64,000 nucleotides of DNA, taken from positions 288,001 to 352,000 of the forward strand of contig CAXXQS010000001.1 of NCBI GenBank assembly GCA_963674735.2. The letters run 5' to 3'. The notes beneath the pieces were generated by a model. That model had not been told where the DNA came from. It saw only the letters and a list, made by a program, of their open reading frames with translations, and did no database searches. Positions 37,099-49,131 of this stretch are shown here, one piece after another. Each line of letters starts with the position of its first letter. Within the stretch, counting starts at the first letter, position 1. The stretch is from Myxococcota bacterium (GTDB lineage Bacteria > Myxococcota_A > SURF-8). The position numbers and the translations under genes are program-made.

Positions 37099-38508
37099 TT
37101 AGAGTGACTGTTTTCTCCGCCGCCGCAGCGCCAGGACGCTCAGGGCGACCAGAAGCCACGCGCCGAACGCCGGGCCGTCGCCGACACGACACCCCGCATA
37201 ACCGTAATCGGGGTCGTAGGAGTCCTGTTCGTTCAGCGAAAATCCTCCATCGTCGCCGTCGGCGACATCGAATCCATCGTCGCCATCGGCGGGGTCGTCG
37301 CCGTCGCCGGGGTCGTCGCCGTCGGCGGGGTCGTCACCATCGGCGGGAGTGTCGCCGTCTGAGGGAATTTCGACCGGATCTTTTTGACCTTCCCACTCGA
37401 AGGTTTCGAGAATGTTGCCTTCGGAGTCCTTCGCGGTGGCTTGGACGTGTTTGCCGTTGATGTCGAAGACGACGTAATTGAAGGTCTTTTCGCAGGCGTG
37501 ATTGATGACGCCGAAATCCGGGCGCGGTTCGCAGTCGTATAGACCGGCTCCGCCGCCGCCGGCCACGATGATGTTTAACCCGTTGGGATCGGTGGCACGG
37601 TAGTAATGGTGATCATGGCCCGCAATCACCGCCCGCACGTCGTATTCGACCAGCGTCGGGGAGAGCGCACGCAAATACTGGTTGCCGCTGCGTCCCGGTT
37701 TGGCCGTATAGGGACCGATGTGCGTGTTGATGAAGACGTGCAGGGTGTGGTCGTTGGACTTGGCGTCTTCCAACACCTGGATCAACCAGTTGTATTGGAC
37801 GCTGCCGACATTGAGCGGAGCCAGAGTGGAGTCGAGCGTGATGAGGCGAATCGGTCCCCAGTCCTGGAAGAAGAAGTTTTCGTCGTATTCGCTGCCTTCG
37901 TCGCCCGAATAGGTGGGAACGTCGAAGTACTTCTTGTACTTCACGCAGTTGAGACCGTCCACGTCGTGGTTGCCGATGGCGGGGACGAGCATACGAGTCG
38001 CCATCAAGTCGCGCTCCACGTCAAAATGCATTTGCCAGCTCACTTCGTCGTCGCCGGTGCTCACCAGATCGCCGCTGTTGCTGTAGATGTCGGGATCTTC
38101 CTCCATGATGCGCGCCACCACGCGCCGGTGGTCGTTTTCACCGCTGCGCGAATCGCCGAACGCGATATAGCGAATGGGGACGTTGCGGTTCGGGGCGGTC
38201 CAGAACTGATAGACCTTACTGGTCTCGCCGCCGCTGCTTACCTGGTAGAAATAGGCGGTGTCGGGGGACAGGCCTTCGAGTTTCACAACGTGCATGGTGC
38301 CGGAGGCGGCCGGGATGCTTTCGCCGAGAGCGTCGTCGGTACCCCATTCCACGGTGCCGTCGGCATCGTTGTCGGTTTCCCAAACCACGAGGGCGGAGTT
38401 TTTACCGAGACGTTGCAGGTACGGACCCTTTTTCAACTCGGCCTGGGCGGTTGAAAGAAAGACAAGGGGAAGAACCAGAACGACGAACAAGGTGATGATG
38501 TTCTTCAT
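37099..38508 (-). CDS. Purple acid phosphatase-like metallophosphoesterase with FN3 domain, DGD linker and MYXO-CTERM-like tail
   Basis: KGPYLQ, FGDSR, SGDLV, IGNHD, AGHDHHY; C-terminus YAGCRVG..AWLLVALSVLALRRRRK. Confidence 0.9.
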   Translation of the reverse strand: MKNIITLFVVLVLPLVFLSTAQAELKKGPYLQRLGKNSALVVWETDNDADGTVEWGTDDALGESIPAASGTMHVVKLEGLSPDTAYFYQVSSGGETSKVYQFWTAPNRNVPIRYIAFGDSRSGENDHRRVVARIMEEDPDIYSNSGDLVSTGDDEVSWQMHFDVERDLMATRMLVPAIGNHDVDGLNCVKYKKYFDVPTYSGDEGSEYDENFFFQDWGPIRLITLDSTLAPLNVGSVQYNWLIQVLEDAKSNDHTLHVFINTHIGPYTAKPGRSGNQYLRALSPTLVEYDVRAVIAGHDHHYYRATDPNGLNIIVAGGGGAGLYDCEPRPDFGVINHACEKTFNYVVFDINGKHVQATAKDSEGNILETFEWEGQKDPVEIPSDGDTPADGDDPADGDDPGDGDDPADGDDGFDVADGDDGGFSLNEQDSYDPDYGYAGCRVGDGPAFGAWLLVALSVLALRRRRKQSL

Positions 38509-38537
38509 AGCGAATCCTCCTGGGTAACAAATAATCG

Positions 38538-39908
38538 CTACAGCAAGAGCTGAAGCTGGAACACGACTTCATCGTTTTTCAGGCTTTTGAGACGCTTGGC
38601 GGTGAACTCTTCCGTTTCGGCGGCTTCAAGCTCCTGTTTATGGGTGTAATTGACCATCATGCGCAACAGATCGATCGGCCACCAACTGAATCCCACCGTG
38701 ATCCAACGCAGAGCCTGATTGGCGCTTTGCGGAACCGGTTTGATCAGGTTGGTGTTGTCCGGGTCGTACCATTGATAACGAACGGCGATTTCGTATTCCC
38801 GCTTGGGAAAACTGTAACCGGCGAAGACCTGGTAACCCATGGCGTGGGTGTAGGTGTTGGAATAGTTGAGACGCTCATACTCGCTGGCGTTGATGCCGTC
38901 GTCCATTTCATGCAAAACCCATTCACCTCCGACGAACGCGCCGTAGACGTGCAGGCGCGCGTCCACCGCCACGGCCTGACGGCTGTTTTCGAAGTACTGA
39001 GCCATCGTGTTCTGCTTGTAGTAACCCGCCCCGGCTTCGATGCGAATCCGGTCGTGGATGAGTTTTTTCGTATCGACTTCGCTGCGCAGGGCCATGATGC
39101 CGATCTGCCAGTTTTCTTCCTTGGGGTTTTTCGGGTAGTAGAGCCCGCCTTCGATACTCAGCACGTCGTCGAAAAAGCCCAGCTTCAAACCGGCTCCGGC
39201 GCTGCGATGCAGGCCGATTTCGAAGGTGGCGTATTTCGCCCCGTAGGGACGGGCGTATTGCGGGCGGTCGTAAAAGTAGAGCTCGCTGTCGCTCTGCAAC
39301 TCCGCCCACATGAACGGCACTTTCTGATAGCCCATCCGCAGACGCGGGGTGAACCAGTAATTTTCCAGCGCCGCTTCGATGTAGGCGTCGGAAACGGAGG
39401 CCCCCGATGCGAAGCTGCCGGTGAATTTGTAGGCGATGGCCAAGTCCCAGTTTTTGGCAAAGGGGAAGGGATCCATGTCGCTGCGGAAACCGAGTTGCGC
39501 ATCGAAAAGCTTGAAACCGGCTCGACGCAGCACCACGTTGGTTTCGTCGTACTGTTCGTAGATCGCGCCGGTGCGCAGCAACAGGTAGGGACGCAGGTAT
39601 TTCCAGGCGGCCTGGGTCTGGCCGTCGAAGAAATCGCGCACGGAGCGATTGACCGTTTCCTGTCCCTGCTTATAAGCGGAAATTTCATCGGGGGGCGTGG
39701 CCACCTCAGGCGCGGCCGCCGGTTCCGGTTCGGGAACCGGGGTTACCGGTGCGATCGACGGCGGCGGAGCGGCTTCGCTCGCGGCTTGCGCATCCGGGTT
39801 TTCCTGAGCCGCAAGCGAGCCCATAAGCGCGAACACACTCAAGCAGGCTGCTATCCCAATGACGAAAAACGTCCGTCCCAAACCCCATTTGACCATTGAC
39901 CGCTCCAT
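38538..39908 (-). CDS. Outer-membrane porin (OprO/P-like)
   Basis: Signal peptide; GFKLFDAQLG, DAYIE, LRMGYQKVPF, EIAVRYQWYDP, ITVGFSWW, LRMMVNY, NDEVVFQLQLLL. Confidence 0.7.
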   Translation of the reverse strand: MERSMVKWGLGRTFFVIGIAACLSVFALMGSLAAQENPDAQAASEAAPPPSIAPVTPVPEPEPAAAPEVATPPDEISAYKQGQETVNRSVRDFFDGQTQAAWKYLRPYLLLRTGAIYEQYDETNVVLRRAGFKLFDAQLGFRSDMDPFPFAKNWDLAIAYKFTGSFASGASVSDAYIEAALENYWFTPRLRMGYQKVPFMWAELQSDSELYFYDRPQYARPYGAKYATFEIGLHRSAGAGLKLGFFDDVLSIEGGLYYPKNPKEENWQIGIMALRSEVDTKKLIHDRIRIEAGAGYYKQNTMAQYFENSRQAVAVDARLHVYGAFVGGEWVLHEMDDGINASEYERLNYSNTYTHAMGYQVFAGYSFPKREYEIAVRYQWYDPDNTNLIKPVPQSANQALRWITVGFSWWPIDLLRMMVNYTHKQELEAAETEEFTAKRLKSLKNDEVVFQLQLLL

Positions 39909-40119
39909 TATCTCTGCTAAATGCTCACAGATCGTTTCATTTGCACTATATCTGGAATTTCAAACTTGGCAATGGGTGATTCGTTAAAAATGCGTTTGGA
40001 ATGAACGTTTTAGAGTCCATCCAGTTTGCAATGATTGTAAAATAGAGAAATCATTTTTGCAAGGGAGAATTCCGATCGGAAAACCGATTCATTTTAATCC
40101 ATTGAAAATAGAGAAAAAA

Positions 40120-42201
40120 TCAAATCGTTTGTCCGGAAATGGCAATGGCGATGTCGGTGATGCGACGATGAATGCTTAGAATCGAATCGATGACGGTCAG
40201 GTGGCCTTCGCTGCTTTCGAGGGTTTCCGACTGGCCGGTATGCAGCCGTTTGATATGCTCGGTGCGCAGACGGCGTGCGGCCCATTCGACGGCGGTGCCT
40301 TCTTCGCGGATTTTCTGAGCGGCTTGACCATCCTCCCGGCGCGCCGCCTCGCTGAGACGGTCGAAGCGCTCAATCAACGAGCCGAGGTAGTAGAGCAGTT
40401 CGTCCTTGCCTTTTTGCGAGAAGCCGAGATCGTGCTGAGCCATTTTTTCAAGGGCGTGCAGCAATGATTTGACGATGATATCGCCCATGCTTTCCAAGGC
40501 GTCGGCCGCCGTGATGATGGCCTGCTCCCGTTGCAGGAGCCCCTCATCGTCGATTTCGCTGTGGTCCATCCGAGCCAGAAAGGGGCGGATGCTGCGTTCC
40601 AGCCGGTCGATTTTATCGTCTTCCTCGGCCAATTCGTAACAGCGGCGTTCGCTGGGGTTCTGAATTAAAAGCGCTACGCCCACTAATTGTCGCCGCAGCA
40701 GCTCGGCCATGTGCAGGGTTTCCAGGTAGGCTTGATGAATGGCTACGGAGGGGAAGGCCAGGGAGCTTTCCTCCAGGTATTTCGGCTGAAAAGCCTTTTC
40801 GGAGGCATCCACCGGAATGATGAGCAGGGTCAGTTTTTCGAGCAGCTTGGCGAAGGGCAGGAAGGCAACCGCCGCTCCGACCGCAAACAGCGTGAAGCCG
40901 ATGGCCACTTGCCGGGCGATGCTGGTATTGTTCATCGCGGCGCTGATCCATTCGGTGGCCTGAACGAACACATCGAGAAAAGGTAGAAAAACCGCAACCG
41001 CCAGGAGGGAGTAAAGCAGGTGGGCGACCGCGACCTGCTTGCCGCTGCGGCTACTGTTCAAACTGGCCAGAAGGGCGGTGGCGCAGGTGCCGATGGCGGC
41101 TCCCATGCTGATGGGAATGCAGGCGCTCAAACTGAGCATCCCCTGCGAGGCCATGGCCATGGCGACACCGATGGTGGCGCTGGAGCTCTGGATCACGGCG
41201 GTGAAGACAGCGGCGAACAGCAAGGCCAGTACCGGACGGCTACCGAGGCTCAGCATCAGGTCGGCCACCTGCGGTTCGGACCGCAGCGGGATCATGGCGT
41301 CGCTCATCAGTCCCATGCCGAAAAAGATGAAGCCGAAGCCCATGATGATTTTACCGATTCGCCGATAGCGTTTGATTTTCGACAGGGTGTAGAGGAGGAG
41401 GCCGGAGGCGACCAGCCCCAGTGAGTACTGACCGATATTGAAGGCGATGATCTGGACGGTGAGGGTGGTTCCGATTTTGGCTCCGATGATGATGCCGATG
41501 GCCTGGGAAAGCGTGAGAAGGGTTGCGCTGACCAGACCCACCAGCATGACCGTACTGGCGGAGGAGCTTTGCAGAAAGAAAGTGATGACCGTTCCCAGGG
41601 CCGCTCCACGCCAGGGGTTGCGCGTCATGGCACCCAAAACGGCCCGCATGCGGTCGCCCGCCACCTTTTGCAGATTGCGGCCCGCCTGATCCATTCCGAA
41701 CAAAAACAAGGCCAGTCCGCCGATCAGACCGATCAGCAGGGTGATCAGCCACGTGCCGGATTTGACCACCAGCCGAATCAGGACGGGTTCGACGGCGCTT
41801 CGCTCATCGTTCAGGCTCGCCGCGAAAACATAGTCGCCGGGGCCTTCTTCCGGCAAAACATGAAAGACGGCCCGACCCTGGGCGTCCGTCACGATGGGAG
41901 GCCATTGGATCGGATGCGCACGCCGACGGCTTTGAGGCGATTCGATCAAGGACAGTCGGATCGCACGCTCGGGGGCGGGTTGGCCGTTCTCCTGCAGGAC
42001 AACGATCAAGTCTACCGGGGTTTCTTGTCGTTCGGAAATGCTCAGGTGATCGGCGCTCCGCGGATAGGAAAGCTGGGTGAGGGTGAAGGATGGCGTTTGA
42101 ACGACCCGACCGGCTTCCAATCGGCCCGCTTCCGTCTGTCCCAGGCATGGGGCGGCGAGGATGAAAAGGAACCCGGCCAGAATGTAAATAACTGTTTTCA
42201 T
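40120..42201 (-). CDS. Na+/Pi cotransporter (NptA/PhoU-domain type) with extra N-terminal exported Ig-like domain
   Basis: GGLALFLFGM, QSSSAS, GAKIGTTLT, QSSSATI, GAAIGTC; C-terminal PhoU-like helices (EDDKIDRLE, LESMGDI). Confidence 0.9.
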   Translation of the reverse strand: MKTVIYILAGFLFILAAPCLGQTEAGRLEAGRVVQTPSFTLTQLSYPRSADHLSISERQETPVDLIVVLQENGQPAPERAIRLSLIESPQSRRRAHPIQWPPIVTDAQGRAVFHVLPEEGPGDYVFAASLNDERSAVEPVLIRLVVKSGTWLITLLIGLIGGLALFLFGMDQAGRNLQKVAGDRMRAVLGAMTRNPWRGAALGTVITFFLQSSSASTVMLVGLVSATLLTLSQAIGIIIGAKIGTTLTVQIIAFNIGQYSLGLVASGLLLYTLSKIKRYRRIGKIIMGFGFIFFGMGLMSDAMIPLRSEPQVADLMLSLGSRPVLALLFAAVFTAVIQSSSATIGVAMAMASQGMLSLSACIPISMGAAIGTCATALLASLNSSRSGKQVAVAHLLYSLLAVAVFLPFLDVFVQATEWISAAMNNTSIARQVAIGFTLFAVGAAVAFLPFAKLLEKLTLLIIPVDASEKAFQPKYLEESSLAFPSVAIHQAYLETLHMAELLRRQLVGVALLIQNPSERRCYELAEEDDKIDRLERSIRPFLARMDHSEIDDEGLLQREQAIITAADALESMGDIIVKSLLHALEKMAQHDLGFSQKGKDELLYYLGSLIERFDRLSEAARREDGQAAQKIREEGTAVEWAARRLRTEHIKRLHTGQSETLESSEGHLTVIDSILSIHRRITDIAIAISGQTI

Positions 42202-42468
42202 ACCATATATTATCATTGCCGCGGAATGGGAAGGCCGGATTGTTCAGGCTTGCCAGCCGCCTTTTTCAATCATAACCCGGATCCGGCGGGCCATGCAAAC
42301 ATTCCGTTGCGAAATATACCTGGAAAAAGGGATTAACATAGGTTATCTTCTTCGCAGTTAGGAGGGGGCTCCCAATCAACCGCTTACGAATCTTCAAGAT
42401 TGACCCTGTCGGGAAAATTGGGTATAATAGTTGAGTTATAACGACATTACTAAAGATAGTGGGCGTCA

Positions 42469-43560
42469 ATGACCGAAATTCAATTGACAGGCGAAGCGAA
42501 GAGCTCGAACCCCGATGCTCCGCACTATCGCATTCTCATCGTGGATGATGAAGAGATCAATCTCAAGATTCTTCGGATCTACCTGGAAGACAAAGGGTAC
42601 GACGTCGTCAGCGCCATCAACGGCGATGAAGCCATTACGATCCTGAAAAACGAAGAAGTCACGGTTTGTATCTGCGATATTCGCATGCCGAAAATTTCGG
42701 GCATCGATGTGCTCAACTTCGTGCAACAACACAAGCCGATCGTGCCGGTGATCATGCTTACCGGTTTCATCGATATCAATACCGCCGTCAGCGTCATGCG
42801 CCAGGGAGCCAGCAACTATCTGACCAAGCCCATCGATGCCGGAGAATTGATCATTTCGGTCGAGAAAGCGATCGAGCATCGGAAGCTGGTTGAGGAAAAG
42901 CACCGCCTGGAGCGTGAAAACCTGGATTATCAGCGTGGTTTGGAACGGCGCATCGAGGAGAAAACGCAGGCTTTACAGCAAGGCGTGCTGGATATGGTGG
43001 TGTCGCTCGCCAACGCCGTTGAGGAACGCGATAAACATTTGATCGGACATTCCAAGCGTGTGGCGCAATACGCCAATATGCTGGGACGTAAAATCGGACT
43101 CGACAAAATCGCTTTACGGCTCTTGCAGAACGCCGCCATTTTGCATGATATCGGTAAGATCGGATTACCCGACGATATCCTCAGCAAGGGCGAGGAACTG
43201 GAGTCCGAGGAAGCGCAGATCATGCACACCCACGTTATGCGTGGGGTCAATATCCTTCAGCCGAGCGGTTTTCTTCAGAACGTGATTCCCGCCGTGCAAT
43301 ACCATCATGAAAACTGGGATGGTTCGGGCTATCCGGCCGGGGCGAAGGGGGAGGACATTCCCTTACCGGCGCGCATTATCAGGCTGGTTGATTTCTTCGA
43401 TGTACTGACCACGCCGCGTGCCAATCGTCAGGCTTTGGAGATCGAAACCGCCGTTGAAAAGCTGAAAAAGGCCAGCGGGGTTGAAGTGGATCCCGATCTG
43501 GTCGGACCCTTTCTTGAGTTGGTTGAAAAAATGATAGCCAAATTGCCGAAGCGTGATTGA
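42469..43560 (+). CDS. RpfG-family response regulator (REC + HD-GYP c-di-GMP phosphodiesterase)
   Basis: ILIVDDE, CDIRMP, YLTKP; GHSKRV, LHDIGKIG, HHENWDGSGYP. Confidence 0.93.
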   Translation: MTEIQLTGEAKSSNPDAPHYRILIVDDEEINLKILRIYLEDKGYDVVSAINGDEAITILKNEEVTVCICDIRMPKISGIDVLNFVQQHKPIVPVIMLTGFIDINTAVSVMRQGASNYLTKPIDAGELIISVEKAIEHRKLVEEKHRLERENLDYQRGLERRIEEKTQALQQGVLDMVVSLANAVEERDKHLIGHSKRVAQYANMLGRKIGLDKIALRLLQNAAILHDIGKIGLPDDILSKGEELESEEAQIMHTHVMRGVNILQPSGFLQNVIPAVQYHHENWDGSGYPAGAKGEDIPLPARIIRLVDFFDVLTTPRANRQALEIETAVEKLKKASGVEVDPDLVGPFLELVEKMIAKLPKRD

Positions 43561-43617
43561 ACCGATTGACCGAATTCCACGATGCCCTAACATCCTTAAT
43601 CCAACGAATGAGTCACC

Positions 43618-45846
<2,229 letters not shown>

Positions 45847-45849
45847 TCC

Positions 45850-47592
45850 ATGAGACATCTCAACCATTTACACAGCCTGTGGTTTTCGATTCTTCTGCTG
45901 GCGGTCATCGGCGTTTCCGGCTGTGCTCGTCCGGAATTGCCACCGGTGCAAGCGCCGCCGGTTCTTGTTCCGCCGCCCGCAGCAGAGCCTGTGGTGGTCG
46001 AGCCTCCCGCATCGCCTCCGCCGGTCGTCGAAGCGCCGCCCCCGCCGTTTCGCTTTTCGGGTTCGCCCAATTCTCACTACGGCAAAGCCACGCTCGCCAT
46101 GCGGCCTTTGGGCGATGAAATGTATTACGAGGATCTTCTGCGCGCGGAATGCCGAGAAGCCGGATGGGACGCGCTGGAAATCGATCCGCAGTTGCGCAGT
46201 GCCGCCCGTGAATTATCGCGCTACTACGGTGAGCGCCAGAGCGTGCCGCCCCAGGCGTTGCTGCGGGAGGCCATGGTGTGGGCCGGGGTAGGGGAAATTG
46301 CGCCGACTTTCCTTTACTATGGAACCCGAGATGAGCTGAATCTCGAAAAATATCGGGAGTTTGTACGGGAGTGGATACAGGGTTTGAAGCAACGCAAACC
46401 CTTCAACGTGGCCGGAGTGGGGGTGTTCGTTCATCAGCCGGACCCGAACCGCGCGGCGGTGAGCTACGTCACGATCCTGGGCGTGGATCGGCGCTTGGAT
46501 CTCGATCCCATTCCACGTGTCGTGCCGCTGGAAAATCGTTTTATCGTGCGCGGCGACACCCGCGATTCCGATCTCAATCTACATTTCTACCTGGATTTTC
46601 TAGGAAATCACATCTTCGATGCGGCGATCTCCACCGAGAAGGGCGCGTTCGGCTTCGAAGTCCAGGTGCCGGCCACCGAAGCGATCTATCATCTTGAAAT
46701 CACCTCGGTTGAAGAAGACGGGAATCGCGTTCTGACCAGCTTCCCGCTGTATTTCAAAGTGGAGCCGCCCCAGGAATTCAAGCCGGTGCCCGATCCGCCG
46801 CGTTGCACAAGTCAGGTGGATTGCGAGTCCATCTTTCATCAGCGCATCAATGAATTGCGACTCAAGTCAAAAACCGCCGACCTGATCGTTTCGGAAAAAC
46901 TGGTCGAAGCGGCGCGCAGCCATGCAAGTGACATGCTGACCCACCATTACACCTCGCTGTTCGATCGCCAGGGCCGCCCGGTGCAGGCGCGTGTCAAGGC
47001 CATGGGGCTCGACACCTTGCAGGTGGGCGAAGTGGTGGATGGCGGCTACGATATTTCCGCCATTGCCGACCATTTCGCCGATAGTCCGAGCTTGAGCCTG
47101 TTTTTGCAGAATGCGCAGATTTCTCATGTCGGTTGCGGGGTGGCGACCCAATCCGGCGAACGGAATCGCCGTTATTATTCGGTAAGTTGCATGGTGGCCA
47201 CCTTGATCGACTCTCGGGAGGGTGCGGAACTGGCGGCCGCCGTTCGTCAGGAATTGAACGCCATGCGTCATCGCGCCGGGAAACCGGTTTTCTTCGATGA
47301 ACCGCGCTTGCAACAGGTGGCCGATTGGGGCTTGGACGAGCTGCTCAAGGATCCCGGACGCGCCGAGGAGATTCAAGGCGAGATCAACATCGAAATCGAG
47401 AAAAGCCGACTGGTCAGCACGCGTTCAATCTTCGGAGTGGTGACCGTGTACGATCTGGGTCAGCTGGCCGTCAATAGCACGATTCGGAACGTGATCGAAT
47501 CGGATGCCACGCGAATCGTCTTGGCCGTCCGCAAACGTGTGGCCCCCGAGAACCCCTACAAGGGCATCTTCTTGTACTATATCGCCTACTAG
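45850..47592 (+). CDS. Lipoprotein with Pro-rich linker and CAP/SCP-like domains
   Basis: Lipobox VSGC; INELR..LVEAARSHASDM..SHVGCGV. Confidence 0.7.
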   Translation: MRHLNHLHSLWFSILLLAVIGVSGCARPELPPVQAPPVLVPPPAAEPVVVEPPASPPPVVEAPPPPFRFSGSPNSHYGKATLAMRPLGDEMYYEDLLRAECREAGWDALEIDPQLRSAARELSRYYGERQSVPPQALLREAMVWAGVGEIAPTFLYYGTRDELNLEKYREFVREWIQGLKQRKPFNVAGVGVFVHQPDPNRAAVSYVTILGVDRRLDLDPIPRVVPLENRFIVRGDTRDSDLNLHFYLDFLGNHIFDAAISTEKGAFGFEVQVPATEAIYHLEITSVEEDGNRVLTSFPLYFKVEPPQEFKPVPDPPRCTSQVDCESIFHQRINELRLKSKTADLIVSEKLVEAARSHASDMLTHHYTSLFDRQGRPVQARVKAMGLDTLQVGEVVDGGYDISAIADHFADSPSLSLFLQNAQISHVGCGVATQSGERNRRYYSVSCMVATLIDSREGAELAAAVRQELNAMRHRAGKPVFFDEPRLQQVADWGLDELLKDPGRAEEIQGEINIEIEKSRLVSTRSIFGVVTVYDLGQLAVNSTIRNVIESDATRIVLAVRKRVAPENPYKGIFLYYIAY

Positions 47593-47684
47593 CGATTTTC
47601 CGGTTTCGACCATCACTCACCGCGAGTGGTTGTCGCTCTTTGGGGAAAGCCGGAGATGGGGAGGACGGCTGTCGGTCTCTTGTG

Positions 47685-47710
47685 CCGGAGCGCGCCTCCG
47701 ACCGCTCCGG
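47685..47710 (+). repeat. Diverged family-B palindrome
   Basis: CCGGAGCGCGCCTCCGACCGCTCCGG shares the GGAGCG..CTCCGAC..GCTCC core. Confidence 0.55.
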
Positions 47711-47804
47711 AGGAAGCGCCGGGGAATGAAATCCCTTGCGTGATTTCATTGAATGTGTAAAATGAAATGTCCGAAATGCGAAGGAATTTAAAGGAGATGT
47801 ATTC

Positions 47805-49049
47805 GTGAGACGCTTTACTGTTTGCCAGGAGGTTACGTTGTCAAGCCAGCGATTTGCACAAATTTTAATCGTGATGGTTACGTTGGGTATCGCGTCTTGG
47901 GCCTTTGCCGCGCAGCCCGAGGCCGGTCTTTTACTGATGCCGATCGTACCCGATCCCGAAGTCAGCCTGGACGATGCCGAGCAGATCGATCAAATACTCG
48001 GCAAACGCATGAAAAAATTCAAGAAATTCGATATTTCGACCATCGATGACTATACCGATAAGTTCGGACGCAAGCGCGCCCGCAGTATGATGCGCTGCGG
48101 CGATGACGTGAAATGTCTGGATCGCTATCTCCGGCGTGCGCCCTACGATCTGGTTGTAGTCGGCCGTGCCGGGTTCGAAGGCAATGGCAGACTCACGGTT
48201 CGTTTCCAGGTTTATAACCTGGCCGAGGGTGAGGTTGTTCGTCGGAAAGAATTCAAATTGAATGCCGGTACTTTTTCCGATAAAAAACATGCCCGCAAAT
48301 GGACCCTCGCGCTATTGGTGCCGGTTGAGGATCTGCTGGGTGAATCGGATGTGATCGAGCCCGAACCGGAACCGACCCCGGCTCCGGTGGCGGCACCCGT
48401 CCGGCGGCGACCCGACCTCGCTTCGGCGGAGGATGTTAAAGATGGTATCCGGACGGCTTACATGTACTTTGCCGACGGCAACATCAACGGTGCGGTCGGA
48501 AAAATCCAGCAGGTGGTCAAGCGCCGCTGCGGCTGCGATGAGGATGGCCGCGCTTATGGCATGAAGGCCATGTTGGAGGCTTTTCGGGTGGCCCACGACC
48601 GCGTGGCGACGGCCATGCAACGCTCGGATTCTAAAACGATTATCGGGAACCTGGAGGAGATGAAGACGCTGGAAGGCGAGTTGTCCGAAGAAGGCCACAA
48701 GCTGAATGTCAAGGGGGAGAGCCGCTACGCGAAAGATATGGGCCGGGCTTTTGCCAAAGGTTACATTCTGCAAGGCCAGGGGCAGCTGAAAGCGACCCAG
48801 TATCTGGATGCCCGCGACAGTTTCAACAAGGCGTTGGAATACGATTCGAACGCGGTCGAGGCCAAAGAACAACTGGACAAAATGCCTCGCTATGCCAATC
48901 AACTGTTGATGCAGGGAACCTTTATGGTCGACTATGCGCCGGAAGAAGCGCTCAAAAAGCTGCGCATGGTGCAGGAAATGGTGGGCGAAGGCGATCCCCT
49001 CTACGCAAAAGCCCAGGAAAAAATAAACGAAATCGAAGAGATGGACTAA
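47805..49049 (+). CDS. Exported TPR-containing protein
   Basis: Signal peptide; YLDARDSFNKALEYDSNAVEAK TPR. Confidence 0.7.
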   Translation: MRRFTVCQEVTLSSQRFAQILIVMVTLGIASWAFAAQPEAGLLLMPIVPDPEVSLDDAEQIDQILGKRMKKFKKFDISTIDDYTDKFGRKRARSMMRCGDDVKCLDRYLRRAPYDLVVVGRAGFEGNGRLTVRFQVYNLAEGEVVRRKEFKLNAGTFSDKKHARKWTLALLVPVEDLLGESDVIEPEPEPTPAPVAAPVRRRPDLASAEDVKDGIRTAYMYFADGNINGAVGKIQQVVKRRCGCDEDGRAYGMKAMLEAFRVAHDRVATAMQRSDSKTIIGNLEEMKTLEGELSEEGHKLNVKGESRYAKDMGRAFAKGYILQGQGQLKATQYLDARDSFNKALEYDSNAVEAKEQLDKMPRYANQLLMQGTFMVDYAPEEALKKLRMVQEMVGEGDPLYAKAQEKINEIEEMD

Positions 49050-49131
49050 TTTGCCTTGTATGCTGGCCGGTCGTTGCGGTCAGTCGGGTTGTATCGCTGC
49101 TATAGGCGAGCGTTGGAAAACGAGCGGGTTG

